Of a stretch of 64,000 nt of DNA, positions 24,589 to 37,600 are shown piece by piece. Both the position numbers and the translations under genes were made by a program. The stretch comes from Balanoglossus misakiensis. Lineage: Eukaryota; Animalia; Hemichordata. Positions within the stretch are counted from its first letter, which is position 1. Every line of letters begins with the position of its first letter. The stretch lies in NCBI GenBank assembly GCA_040954595.2, contig CM082595.2, positions 6,934,193 to 6,998,192 on the forward strand, written 5' to 3'. The notes beneath the pieces are model-generated. The model worked only from the letters and a program-made list of their open reading frames with translations, was not told the DNA's origin and did no database searches.

Positions 24589-27329
24589 GATGATCTTCTT
24601 AACAGGAATCCTCGGGATGTGCAAACAAATCCTGAAATATATAAACACGGTTATATATTAATTAATTTTATATGCGCCAACTGTGATTACAGAAGTGTAA
24701 GAAGCAATATTTCAGTTTGCAGTAAAACTAATCAGCTCTGGCCCTGTCACTGGTCCTTGATTTTATTCCAGGACTGCAGACTTTTACGTACAGGTACTAG
24801 GACAGACTGTCTCAAATTCACTCCAATAATACTGTGACCAATCTAACTATACTGTCCCCTAGGCAATGAATACATACCGATACTGTGCCGCCTTTCCTGA
24901 CATGGCCGGGGTCTTACTTTTCTATGTGACCATAAATATTCATATTGGAAGACAATTTAAAATATATGCATTCAACAAACGCTTAGCATCGGACATATGT
25001 ACAATTGTACAGCCAAAAATTCGTCTCTATACGAAAAGCCAACCATTCGGAAGTTGAGTAAAACATCGATCATACCGTGTGTAAGTGTTACTTTATAAAA
25101 TTTGTATGGTCACAGTACTGCAAGAAGAACGTGGTAAATTGTAGTGGTAGAAAATAATCCGCACAAACGGAACTATCTTGACCTGCATGTACTGATCAGG
25201 ACCAGCTAGATTTTGCTGCTGTCAAACCAATTATGTGAGTCGTGACTGATTTGTATTTGCGTAAAATGACCAGGGCAGGGTGACCAGGTCGGAAGGCCAC
25301 ATTTATAGATCACCATAACGGTGACCACGTCGGGACACATTCATTGGTAAAGTATTAACAGGGATCGAGTCTATATTAATAATCAATTTGAAATATAACG
25401 ATACAAGCTTGATGTGGGCACGCTTTGATGACGTGATGTCTAAGTGAACACTATGTCTGCCTGTTGATGTTTGTGGAAAACGATTGAGGAAATTAATGTC
25501 GAGTTTGATCAAAAAGGTGCAACTGCTTTTGTCAACAATTGGCAAAAATCTGGTTCAAGGTGGTTGTTACGTAGGAGAAGTTTGCTGTTGTTTTGTGACC
25601 AGGTGTGTTTTCGCTTACTTTCGTAATTTGAATATTTGCGTGACCAGGTGTGGTGCATTCATTATTTTCCCCATATAAAAAGCCCGCACGTTGTGTTGCG
25701 GCTTAGCTACTAATTTGGACTTGCCCGTGTGAGCTGTTCCGTTCCTCGCCGGCTTGGAAGCTGTACCGTATTTCCCGTTGCACTTGTCTGGAAACCGCGC
25801 CCAGAAGTCGTGCTACCTCATAGGGGAATTCGTCTGAAAGCCGTGCCGTCTACCGGGGAATTGTGCCAGAACGCTACTCTGACTGAACGTCACTGTTGGG
25901 ACTGCCATGGTGCTGGTCGCGTTCGTCGTGTGCTACGGAGCCTTGGACTTTAGTCTTTTTCATTTCCCACACCTGGTCACATTTAAGGTAGTCATTACTG
26001 TGTTTTTTTCTCAGTGTACAGTCATTTTATATTTACCAATGTTTAGTTGTAGTAATTAAAAGTTTCCATAAGCAAGGAAATAACGTGTGGTGTGCCTATT
26101 GTTGACCGTCTTCGTTGCGTGCTGCGCTGGTTGGTTCACCAAAGCGAGCCATTCAGTAAGTCTATTTGCTCACTGCCCTGTTTCGGAACTGAACGGCCAG
26201 CGTGTCGTAACAAATTGGGGGCTCGTCCGGGATCTGATTTTGATATTGATATTGTTCAGTTGGTACGCACGGTCAACAACAGTCTACAATGGCTTCCACA
26301 GGGGAGTTCAAAGCCGCTGAGTTTGTTAAAAAAGGAAATATATATGTTGAGGATTTGAATCATTTGCGGAAGGCTGAATTAATATTGTAATTCTTCACTT
26401 AACTTCACAAACCGTAGTTTGACACCATATATTTGTGATCGTTAATGCCTACTCGGGGTTCCTTGACCTCCTAATGTGGCATGGGTGCGACATTTCAACG
26501 TAAGCAAGACGTCTGCCGCGTTCATTGTGTACTAAAGCCTTTGATATTTTAAAATGAGCTTCATATTCTCACATGAATGTATTCCTACCTTTACAAAACG
26601 TGTATCTGGCCTGGTTACACCAAATCAGGTAAAAGGCCCACAGAAATGGCAGTGTCGAAATGGTACGTGTAACTTGTTGAAGAGAAAATGGCGTCTGTGG
26701 TAGAGGTGGGAGTGTCCTTGCAACTAGCAAACTGTAATTTATTATTCTAGTATTTATCTACGATTTGCAATGTCTAATCGTGTGCGGTAATCATTGGTGA
26801 CCTCATATGCACTAAGTCATGTATATGCAGGTCATTTAAGATGGGGCACCCTTATCATGTTACCTGTTGCTATGGGCATTTATAGGACAGAAACTCAGTT
26901 TTGAACGAAACCATTATGAAGGTCCGACAAGGCAGTTAAAATACGCACGATTGTGTGCACACCCCCTGTACGAGTATGGATACGGCAGCTACCGCCCGGC
27001 CATAGGCCGCTACGCTTGTACGGCAAAACAGCGGTCAGCGATACTGTAACCACAGTAACTGGATCGAACGCTAAAATCCACTGATTTTGTGCACTGGATT
27101 TTGTATCGTTAACAAAAATTCCTATTGGCTGTGTTCACAGGTCACGTACGCCAGTCAAATTCGACATGTTGACAGAGAACATACTTCCGCATAGGATCGT
27201 TTTAACGGTTATCCTCGCGTGTGTTTTTTCCTGTTTTGTGTTTTCTGTTGTACACACTGATTTCATCAAACAGGCTCAGAAAGTCTTGTTTTCTTTGGAT
27301 TCCAGTCAACTTTCAGAAGACCAGCTTCT

Positions 27330-27860
27330 TGCTGAAGAAGTGATAGTAAATGTTTTTGTTAGTGGTCCTGCTGGTACAGGAAAGTCAACACTGGTCAGAT
27401 CGGTGTACGAAAAGCTGCACGGCCACCATGACGAAACTTCAATTAAGATACTTTGCCCAACTGGAGTGTCAGCCAGTGTCTATACAAAAGCTGAAACTGT
27501 ACATTCATTTTTCTGTCTAAGCACAGCACAAGACTTTGATGACAGACTTGCAGCATAATTGCTGCCATAATTAAACAGTTAAAAATAATCATACTGGGTG
27601 AGGCAACCGTGATAAGCAAACGCATATTTGATGTAATTATCAAAACACCAGAACAGTGTGGAGTACTACAACAAATCCAGTTTGTTGACTGTTAGTGACA
27701 TGCATCAGCTGCCCCCTGTCCCGGGAAAATTTGAATCCATTTCATATTTCAGTCTACAGCATGGAAACACACCTTCCAACATAGAATGACACTAATCACA
27801 GTACTTAGACAGACACTTTCCTCATTCATCAAAACCCTTCATTCAATCTGAATAGGGAGC
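27330..27860 (+). pseudogene. Decayed PIF1-family (SF1B) helicase fragment
   Basis: Motif I VFVSGPAGTGKST, Ia ILCPTGVSA, Ib TVHSFF, then an in-frame stop at 27556-27558. Downstream are a degenerate motif II (IILGEATVIS), motif III (VSDMHQLPPV) and motif IV-like (MTLITVLRQ) in shifted frames. Confidence 0.85.
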
Positions 27861-28358
27861 TACAACGTTAAGTTGGTTACTAGTTCCCAGTTCCCGATTC
27901 GGTTCCTGATTCAAAATAACACATTTCACCCATTCTAAACATGTTTTAGCCAATTTCACAACAGTTCCTGGTTCATTTATTAGTTTCTAATTCAGTTCCC
28001 GATTCACAATAATCCCTTTGACCCATTTTACATGTTTTCAACCCAATTTCACTGCAGTTTCTGTTTACTTCTTAGTCTATTTTCATTAGTCGCTGCCCGA
28101 AAAAAAGATGATTTTTTTTGAAATGCTGATATAGAAGCCAGTAACATTAAAACGTTCTTTGACGTCATCACCTCTTAAGTGTTGGAATAGTGACGATGCA
28201 AGGTAAGTTTGCCATTGTTCTTCGATTCTGTAGATACCTCTACAAATATTGATATCACTAGTAGTATGTCAAATCCCTTATAAAACAATATAGAAGATTA
28301 CAAACTTTTTCTGTAGGTTCCATGTTTGCACCAAATCGTCTCATTCATTGACATTTAA

Positions 28359-29084
28359 GGTGGCACTGCATGAAACCGTCGAGACTTTTTCAGAGGCCTA
28401 TTTCTCATCAAAGAAAAAGTTAAAACCCCCATAAACCATATATATTCTGGAAGCTGAGATTTTGAACTTTTGTTTGAGTTGCAAATATTATTGATCCCCG
28501 GAAATGGTGGCGATTTTGGGTGAAAAAACCCATTTTTTGATATTATGTCATGAAATTTAAAATAGGTAAAAAAGTTGACCATGCATCATGCATCTTAATA
28601 TGTACAAAACTAGAGTACACGTGCAAAAAAACGCTAATTTTGTTGGTATCTGCTTCCATTGAGGAGTAACAGCGTTTAAAAGTTAGATTTTCAGAAAATT
28701 TGATCAAATTCACGGTGAGTTGTATTGAATCAGAGTTTATTCCCGCCAGGGACACTTTATCGACAAACAAAACTAGCGTTTTGTTGGATGGGTCATACAC
28801 AATTCCCTGTCAAAATTTGAGCAAATTCGGCCAACGCAGGGCGAAGCTATTTAAGTCCGAAGTTGTCAAGAGCAGCGAAAATGCAAACTGAGAAAAACTG
28901 CTATTTGCATTGTTGACACCTATTTGTTAAGCTGTGAACTCATTCAGAAAAGTGCTATTTTGGGGTGATTATGCACCATTTCCGCCAAGACGTATTAGTC
29001 AGGTTGTGGGTCAGTATTAGGCCTACCGATTTATGTAAAAAAGTAAAATTTGGCAAAAATCACAACTTTTCATGCAATGCCACC
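28359..29084. mobile_element. Kolobok-type non-autonomous element
   Basis: TTAA TSD at 28355-28358 and 29085-29088. 17-bp TIR GGTGGCACTGCATGAAA / TTTCATGCAATGCCACC with one mismatch. Confidence 0.85.
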
Positions 29085-30380
29085 TTAATATTACATGTAT
29101 TATAGTGTGGTATGATGTGTATTCCCGTAGGATTTTTGTGCTAAAATTGATTTTTTTGCTGTTTTGGCTTCAATGGGGACCCAACTACCCGAAAATGATG
29201 GGGTGCAATTTTAAGGGCCCCTCCATCATATTTTTCTGGGGGGGGGGGGTACTTCCGTTTTGTGGTATGATGTGTATTGCCGTAGGATTTTTGTGCTAAA
29301 ATTGATTTTTTTTGCTGTTTGGCTTCAATGGGGACCCAACTACCCCAAAATCATGGGGATGCAATTTTTAGGGCCCCTCCATCAATTTTTTTGGGGGGGT
29401 CTATTCTGTTGTGGTATATTTGTTCACCTATTTACTCTATCATCATGGGAATTTGGGCTACAATTAATTTGTTTTTGTGGTTTTTGCTTTGGAGAGGACC
29501 CACCTGGCCAAAAATAATCGGGTGCAAATTATAGGGCCCCTCCATCATTTTTTATTTGGGGGGGGGGGGCACTTCCATTTTGGCCACTCCGAAGTTGTTT
29601 GTTGGCCTATTTACTCTATCATCATGGGAATTTGGGCTACAATTAATTTGTTTTTGTTGTTTTTGCTTTGGAGGGGATCCCACCTGGCCAAAAATAATAG
29701 GGTGCAAATTATAGCCCCCCGCCATCATTTTTCATTTTTTTTTGGGGGGGGGCACTTCCATTTTGGCCACTCCGAAGTTGTTTGTTGGCCTATTTACTCC
29801 CTTCTCATAGAATATTTTGCTAAAAATATTATTTTTCTTTGATGTTTTGGTTTCAATGGGGCTCCACCAGAACTAAAATGATGTCTTGGGGGGGGGGGGT
29901 AATCATTTCTGTTTTGGCCACCCTGAAGATACTTGTTCACCTATTTACTATACGGTTAGTATTGTCGTGGTATTTCTTGCAATTTGGTTTGGTCCTTTGG
30001 CTTGAATGCAGACTGACTGCCGAAAAGTGATGGTGTGCAAAATGTTCGACCCCTTTACCACATTTTTTTTTTGGGGGGGGGGGGGTTCCTTATATTTGTT
30101 TTCGTCAACCCGTTGTAACAGTTGTTTTTTAATCGTAGATTTTTTCGTTTATTCTAAATTTAGTATACTAAGGTAAATTAAAACTCCTTTATATATAATA
30201 AAGTACATAATGTGTATTTTAGTTTATTTTCCGAGCTACAGTCCCATCTCATAAAATGAACCCTTGAGGCACCCTCCCTACCACGGAAGGTGCAATAAAC
30301 AACCCAAGAAGCATAACGATTCTTTTCTGATATCTTGGTATTCTCAATCATCATTTTCACAGAAGCATGTTCTGTTTGAT

Positions 30381-30680
30381 CTACTCATCGTCAGTGTCGT
30401 TATCTTCAAGAACATTTTCCCTTAATTGGTTTTCACAGTCTCCACCATAGCATTTGCAGAGGGGAGTACATGGTAAATCATTCTTTGAGCAACTGCAACG
30501 TCCCCTACAACCTGCTTTGCAGCCACATTTGATAAGCTCTAGTACTGCCATTGGTGCAGGGAGAGCAAGACATTTTACTGGATAAAACACGCCATTCTCC
30601 GATTTCCACCCATTCTTTTCGATTGGTGGAAGTTCTGGACAATTTGTTGCGTATGATTTATCCCTCATTGTGATGAAGGG
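30381..30680 (-). pseudogene. C-terminal Cys-rich zinc-finger remnant of an Academ-like transposase
   Basis: LPPIEKNGW…PAPMAVLELIKCGCKAGCRGRCSCSKNDLPCTPLCKCYGGDC followed by an acidic tail. The upstream coding region is absent. Confidence 0.7.
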
Positions 30681-31219
30681 GTGGCACCCTTTCCACAGAT
30701 CACGCAAATCTTGTTTTTATTTGACATATTAATTCTGTAGTTTATTGCAAAATGTCCAAATAGCTATCGATCTGGAACGTAAAACGCGGCTTACGGTGCT
30801 AAGAAAATAGCCAATATGTATTTAGTAATAAAACTGAGATGTAATTCACAGACTTGTTTTATTTTCAGTACTATTGAGCTTCAAAATGAGCCAAATATGA
30901 TATTGTTAATGTTTACCAAAAACAAGTTTTAGAAGTAAGACATAGTTCAATGGCTTTTTACAGCACTATTACGCTATTGGCGTGAAAAATTTGAAAATAC
31001 TACTTTAAAATAGATAATACTTGAACTGATATGTTCTTCACAGGCTTTATTTACGACAGTATTTAACTTTGAAATGAGTTCAACTGAATATCGTTTTAAT
31101 ACCAAAAAAACAAGTGTTGAACTAAAACGTACTTCAGAGTTTTTGCACAGACTAATATCGGTGAGAATTTTAGTACAATGGTAAATATCTCAGACATTGA
31201 TTGTGCTACGTATGTATAT

Positions 31220-32310
31220 ATATCGTATGACTAACGAGGCGATATCCATAATATCAACCGAGGACGAAGTCCGAGGTTGATATTATGGATGACGCCGAGG
31301 TAGTCATACGATATTTAACATACACAACGAGTGAAAGGTGCAGGCCCCTCTACAAGTAAACACCCCTCAACCGACAATACAGTGTTTAAACATCTTTTGT
31401 ATGGACCCTAAGCGGTTGATATCAGCCTAACTTTCAAAATGGTATGGTCCTACTTACGGAAAGTATTTAATTATTCAGCGTTTTGCACCTGGGATGCATA
31501 TATTACCTAGTTCAACCAATTATTGTTTAGTAATAAGCTCACACGCAATGTTTCTTCCAATTGTATTGGATGTGCATGTTTTACACATGCACAATGGCAT
31601 ATCTTATAATATAAATGCACGGCCACGAGGCACAATTTCTTTCTACCTGAACGTGTCATAGTGGCAGCATGGCGCATGAGGTGTATCCCGATTTTTCTGA
31701 TATCTCTGATGAAGAGTTAATTGAAGCCTCACAAGCAGCAGAATATTTGAACGAGCTTGGCTTCGAAAATATGGATATAGCAGTCAGCAGCATTCCTTCG
31801 GTGAGTCACGAATTCTTTTATTCATTCCGCCATTTTCACCTTTTTATCGTGTACGTTGTCGTTGAACATGCAAGTAAGAATGTATATTGAATCATTTTTT
31901 ATTTCGTTAAAGGAAATTCCCAGAGGGCGGTTTGCTGACCCAGTGTCGGATTCCTGCGTACAGGGGGTTGCAAAAAATTCCATTCCCAAGAATACTCAAC
32001 GCCGTAATATGTGGGCGCTACGGACTTTCAACGAATGGGCCATGGCCCGAAATGTTACATTTTGTAGTTTTGTCTGCATTTTTATTTGGAGGTAGGTCGT
32101 GATATTGTCTCGAGGCGTAGCCGAGAGTCAATATCACGACCGTACCGCCAAATATTCATTTTCGAGGCATGATGGCTGAAATATCACGAGACGAAGTCGA
32201 GTGAAATTTCTGCTATCATGCCGAGAGTTCAATAGGTTGATATCACCCCACCCCAAAATGAGGTTGCTCTCTAAAATATCAACCGCTAAATCTATTGTAC
32301 TATCTGTGAC
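31220..32310 (+). mobile_element. Crypton-like deletion derivative bounded by long imperfect hairpins
   Basis: Hairpins at 31220-31314, 32096-32140 and 32163-32226 flank a two-exon ORF remnant. Confidence 0.6.
31669..32060 (+). pseudogene. N-terminal remnant of a Crypton/DUF3504-type tyrosine-recombinase protein (exons about 31669-31800 and 31913-32060)
   Basis: MAHEVYPDFSDISDEELIEASQ…, then GT at 31801 and AG at about 31911, then EIPRGRFADPVSDSCVQGVAKNSIPKNTQRRNMWALRTFNEWAMARN. The RF…IPKNT…WA..F.EW…RN pattern is typical of the N-terminus of this family. The catalytic domain is missing. Confidence 0.7.
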
Positions 32311-33155
32311 GAGTTGTGTATGAAAGAATAAACAACTCTTAACGAAAAAGTTCACATCTACACAGACATTCACTAATTGCCCCGGGAAAGAGAAAAAAGA
32401 GTAACCCTAATATATTATACTATTTGGTATAGCCTAGTATACTATACTTTTGTAAACCATAGAAAACATGAGTGTGGTGATGAGTTGGGTGGCGGTCCAA
32501 GGTGAGGGGAGGTATCTTATGCTAAGTCCAAACCAGGGAGATATTTGTGGTTGATTTGTTAGTGTCATAAATCAACTAAGTATATTTATAAAACTAACAT
32601 AGCGCTGTAGTATATGCGACAACTAGTACAAATGCAGGTAACTGATATGTTTACCCCATAAACCGTCTAATATTTGAGAGGCCCTAAAATTTGACCTCCC
32701 TCATTTTTGAGCAGTTAGGTCCCCATAGAAGTTAAAAAAAGAAAGTGGAAGAAATCCTTTACAAATACACACGTTACACTATGAAGGTTAGATCAATGAA
32801 CAAATATCTCCAGGGCTGCTAAAACTAAAGTGACCCCCCCCCCCCTGCAAGAAAATGTGATGGAGGGGTCCAACAAATTGATTTCCATCATTTTGGGGAA
32901 GTGTATTCATCATTATATTACCATGGCCTGTGCGTCGCATTTTAATTGGTCGATATGAACGACGTCACTGACCACAAATACTCAGTAATGGTTTGTTTAC
33001 ATGCCCATAAATCTGAATAGTAATATTAGCAAACAGTTCGGTGAATACAACATTTTGCGTAACACAAGTTCCGGGGCCCCTAGTAGAACATTTTCGTAAA
33101 TTTTGACGGTTTTCTTGACTTTGTTGGTAATATAATGGAAATAACCAACTCCGTC

Positions 33156-33281
33156 CTGACCATTAACGTTTGTTTATGGGCGCGGGCTCGAGGAAAGCCA
33201 AAATTCATGGGCTCGGAAGCCTCGCCCATGAATTTTTGGCTTTCCCCTCGCCCTTGCCCATAAACAAACGTTAATGGTCAG
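33156..33281 (-). repeat. ~125-bp imperfect palindrome (Crypton-type hairpin, opposite polarity to the others)
   Basis: cctgaccattaacgtttgtttatggg…catgggctcgg-aag-cctcgcccatg…cccataaacaaacgttaatggtcagg. Confidence 0.8.
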
Positions 33282-34681
33282 GGCGTCGTCCATTATTTCT
33301 ATATTGAAACCAAAACAGCAAAGAAAACAAATAACTATTAGCAAAAACTCCTACAAGAATACATGAAATAGGTGAACAAATACCGTTAAGATTGTCGAAA
33401 TTGAAGTGCCCCCCCATAAATGTAATAGAGGGGCCCTAAAATTTGCATGTGATCTTTTGTGACCAGGTGGGTCCCCATTTAAGTCAAAACAGCAAAACAA
33501 ATCTTTAGCAGAAAATTCTACGAAAATGGAGTAGATGTGTGAATAAATATCTTCGTGGAGGCCAAAACGGGAGTGACCCCCCCCCCCCCCCTGAAAAAAT
33601 ATGATGGAGGGGCCCTAAAAATGCACTCCATCTTTTTCGGGTAGTTGGGTCCCCATTGAAGCCAAAACAGAAAAAAATCAATTTTAGCACAAAAATCCTA
33701 CGGGAATACACATCATACCACAAAACGGAAGTACCCCCCCCCCCCAGAAAAATATGGTGGAGGGGCCCTTAAAATTGCACCCCATCATTTTCGGGTAGTT
33801 TGGTCCCCTATAGAAGCCAAAACAGCAAAAAAATCAATTTTAGCACAAAATCCTACGGGAGCTGTTTTTCTTGACATACCATACCGCACTACAATGTACG
33901 CATCACCATCTGATTTCGCCGCTCCTTTTTCCTACTCGACAGATGTCACGTGACAGCTATTTCCTTGCTAGGTACTGAGTATTTCCTTCTGAATCGCTAC
34001 ATGCCTGCCATGCGTCATCCTGGTATCTTGTATCAAAGTATCGATGCTAAACGAGTATACACCATCGTGGCAATTGTCTTTTGGAATCAAAAAGTAAATG
34101 TATTTTTTTTGCGCGGGAAGATTATATTTTCGTATCTGAGCCTAATGATTCCGTATACGATTTAAAACCGTGATTTCTTTGCCAACATTACGCCCACGTG
34201 CCAAAGCAACACATTCGAACATTTCACACAAATCCAATCTTATGGCGTGTTCCGTCGCGAAAGGTCAGATCTGTCGGACGTGGAACGACTGAACGCGGCA
34301 AATGAGAACAGATGGTGATTTTTAAAAATCTGATCAGAAGTAGATTTTAGACGTCGCGTAAATCACTTGCTGGTCGGGTGTTCGCTCTTGCTTGCGATTG
34401 CCGGAATAATGTTTCTAGTAATCTTCCAATAAATTCTGTGTTAGCTATTCCTCGAGAGCGCGAGGGCGATGCACTTATTCGATGGAATCGATGAAAAGCG
34501 CAGAGCGGAAATGCCCGTGCTGGGGGAATCGTGGGTCGTCTTTAATCGATATACTATCTGACGAAGACGTATGCATAGTACTGAATGCTACATTATGGTT
34601 GACCTCATTCTGTTCGACGACGGTTTCATGCGATCTAATTCTGTATTCTTGCGTCTTTTCCTTCGTGCTCTTCTTATTTAG

Positions 34682-37600
34682 GTGTCTGCTATGCTGAGTT
34701 CGGCGTACGAGTGCCGAAGACCACCGGGTCGGCCTATGTGTATAGCTATGTCACCGTCGGTGAATTTGCTGCCTTCGTAATTGGCTGGAATCTTATCTTG
34801 GAATATTTGATTGGCACAGCAGCCGGCGCAAGCGCACTCAGCAGCTGTTTTGACTCCCTAGTCCATCATAAAATAAGCCATTTTATGTTGGACAATGTTG
34901 GAGGTTTTGGAATACACAGTAAGTGCTTCCTTGTGAAATATTACTATTGGATATTTCTGGTTAAAACCATTGCGTAATGTTCCTACAAGATACGTGAGGA
35001 CAGCGACCATCGTACGACAGGCTTGCCAATGCAACATGATACGTTGCAAAAAGCCCAGAAGTTAAAACATTTAATATGAAAATAACACCACACTTTTACT
35101 TTTCCAGCGAAATCATATCCAGATCTTTTAGCCTGTGTGATAGTCATAGCCATGACCTTGATAGTGACAGCAGGAGTCAAGAAATCGGTGGGGTTCAACA
35201 ACGCCCTCAACGCCATAAACTTGGCTGTGTGGGTCTTCATCGTGGTTGCTGGGTTGTTCTACGTTAGTGCCGATAACTGGACGGAAGGTTTTATGCCTTA
35301 TGGATTTTCTGGGGTAGGTGATAATACTTCTCGGGTTCGGATCTCTTGTGAGGCTTTGTGTTTAATCCTCAAAGACATTATATGTATCACTCTGGTTCTC
35401 GAGGTAGATCCCATTGCCCGGCCATGAGGGCCATAGCAGCCGTTTATTACCCACGAGGGGTTGTGAGTTACCAGAATCACATGCTATTTCCCTCGGGATT
35501 CATAGTCGATTCTATTGTCCTATCACGTGACGGATTCTGGCGAATCACGACACAGTATTAGCATGAGGTATATTATATGTCATATATTAAACTTTTCCAG
35601 GTAACCAAAATCTCTACGTGCAACTATTTTCTTTGTGGTAGGTCTACTTTGAAGAAAACATGAACTAACATTTGCCCTTGTTATCTCTTCAAAGGTAATG
35701 ACTGGAGCGGCCACCTGTTTCTATGCATTCATCGGTTTTGACATCATCGCCACCACCGGTGAAGAAGCGAAAGAGCCCAGCAGGTCCATCCCCATTGCCA
35801 TCGTCCTCTCACTGGTCATCTGCCTCTTCGGTTACGTCACAGTCAGTATTATCCTCACCCTGATGGTTCCTTACTATGACATCAGCCCGGAGTCGCCACT
35901 GTTGGAGATGTTCGTCCAGCATGGCGCCAACAACGCTAAGTATATCGTTGCTGTGGGTGCCATATGCGGCCTGACTGTTAGTCTGATGGGATCGCTCTTC
36001 CCGATGCCGCGTGTCATTTTCGCCATGTCTTCCGATGGCCTCCTCTTTAGGTATGTCCCTATATTTGCGATAAGTTCCTAACATTTTTATGAGACTCGTA
36101 TTCTTCGTTGCTAGGTGGTCCGGACAGTTTGCAGGAAGACGGTCTGACACCGAAACCAACCAAGTTGAAACAAATTACTGAATTAGCCACAGAAGTGATT
36201 TCTATTAATAACGATCGTTAGACATATATGAACTGGAAATATTTGGTTGTTGTGACATACAGGTAGTCTGGCTGAAAGGATCCCACATTCGATCTTCATT
36301 TGATCATCTTATGTTCATCTCCATCAACCATCTTGGTCTTCTTCTCCAGTACCACCATTCACCCACCAGAACTGCCACCATACCACCACCAATAATAGCA
36401 CTAAAACCACTACCATCATTCACTGATTCATGTCTATAATTCTCTTGATAGGTTCATGGCTCGTGTCAACGACTTCACCAAGACGCCAGCAATAGCCACC
36501 ATCTTGTCGGGATTCATCGCCGCAATCCTGGCCCTCCTGATTGGCCTGGCCGACCTCATCGAGATGATGTCCATCGGCACCTTGTTGGCCTACACCATCG
36601 TGTCCATGTGTGTCCTGATCCTCCGATACCAGCCGCACCACGACGTGGAGTTCGCGCTGCAGACGACCGTCGACTACGACACACTCGACGACGAAGGCGA
36701 GGGGGAGACCGCCGCGACGAAGGAAGAGACAAAACTCCCAGAGGGGGCCGCGACCGAAACCTCCACCTTAGCAGAAGCCGGCCCGGAGAAACTGATTCCG
36801 AAGACCGAGGCCGACAAAAGCGAACAGCCGATCAAGGCTCGCTACGGTGCTGTAGAACCAGAGCCCGACGACTTCAACACGTATTCAGACTCCGACCTGA
36901 CGCTGTCTCGTCTGCGGGAGTGGGGCTACAGGATGTGGGGCCGGTACAGGGAACTAGTGAAGCTGCCGGACAAAAAGGAGAACCCCACAGTGCAGAGCGG
37001 GAAAGTTGTCACCTACACCACCCTTCTCCTCTTCGCCGTCATCTTCATCTTCAACTCCATAGTCATCTTCGGTCGCCCGTTCCTGGCGGAGTCGAACGCC
37101 TGGGCCATCATACTGCTCCTGATATTCGCCGGCATCATCATCTATCTCGTCTTCAAGATATATCAACAGCCACAGTGCAAGGACAGGTTCAAATTCATGG
37201 CCCCTTGCGTGCCGCTCCTACCCATCGCCGCCATGTTTGTCAACATATATTTGATGCTGAAGCTATCCTATCTCACATGGGTGAGGTTTGCAATCTGGTT
37301 AATCGTAGGTAAGGCTGGGGCTCACATGCACACTCAAACAGACGTGCGAATTTATAACACTATAGTCAAACCTGTCTATAGTGGCCAGTCAAAGGACTTT
37401 CCTAAACTGGCCTTTATATACATGTCAATTAATGCACATGTTAATTCACAGGGACCCTAGACTTCCTCACAGCCCCTCTCGCCGTCCATGCAGGCTTATG
37501 GACTGATTGCATGTGTGCCCAACGAGAAGGTTCGCTACACAGCACCATATGGGGCTTCTCCTTTGCTAAAGGGTTGAGGGCGCGTCAGTGAAGAGCCTTG

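Larger units (their letters stand above)
29103..33891. mobile_element. Academ-derived foldback-like element with ~1-kb internally repetitive inverted arms
   Basis: Termini TAGTGTGGTATG... and ...CATACCGCACTA. The left arm (29103-30090) is built of ~150-180-bp subrepeats with gggccc and G runs. It is inverted relative to the right arm (about 32680-33891, C runs). The element contains a Cys-rich transposase remnant. No clear TSD. Confidence 0.65.

Noticed and set aside
35405-35575. Possible small Crypton-like MITE in an SLC7A14 intron
   Set aside because: Only motif-level resemblance; no clear termini or full hairpin could be defined.
36608-37312. 234-aa Arg-rich overlapping ORF
   Set aside because: It is an alternate frame of a GC-rich SLC7A14 exon with no independent support.
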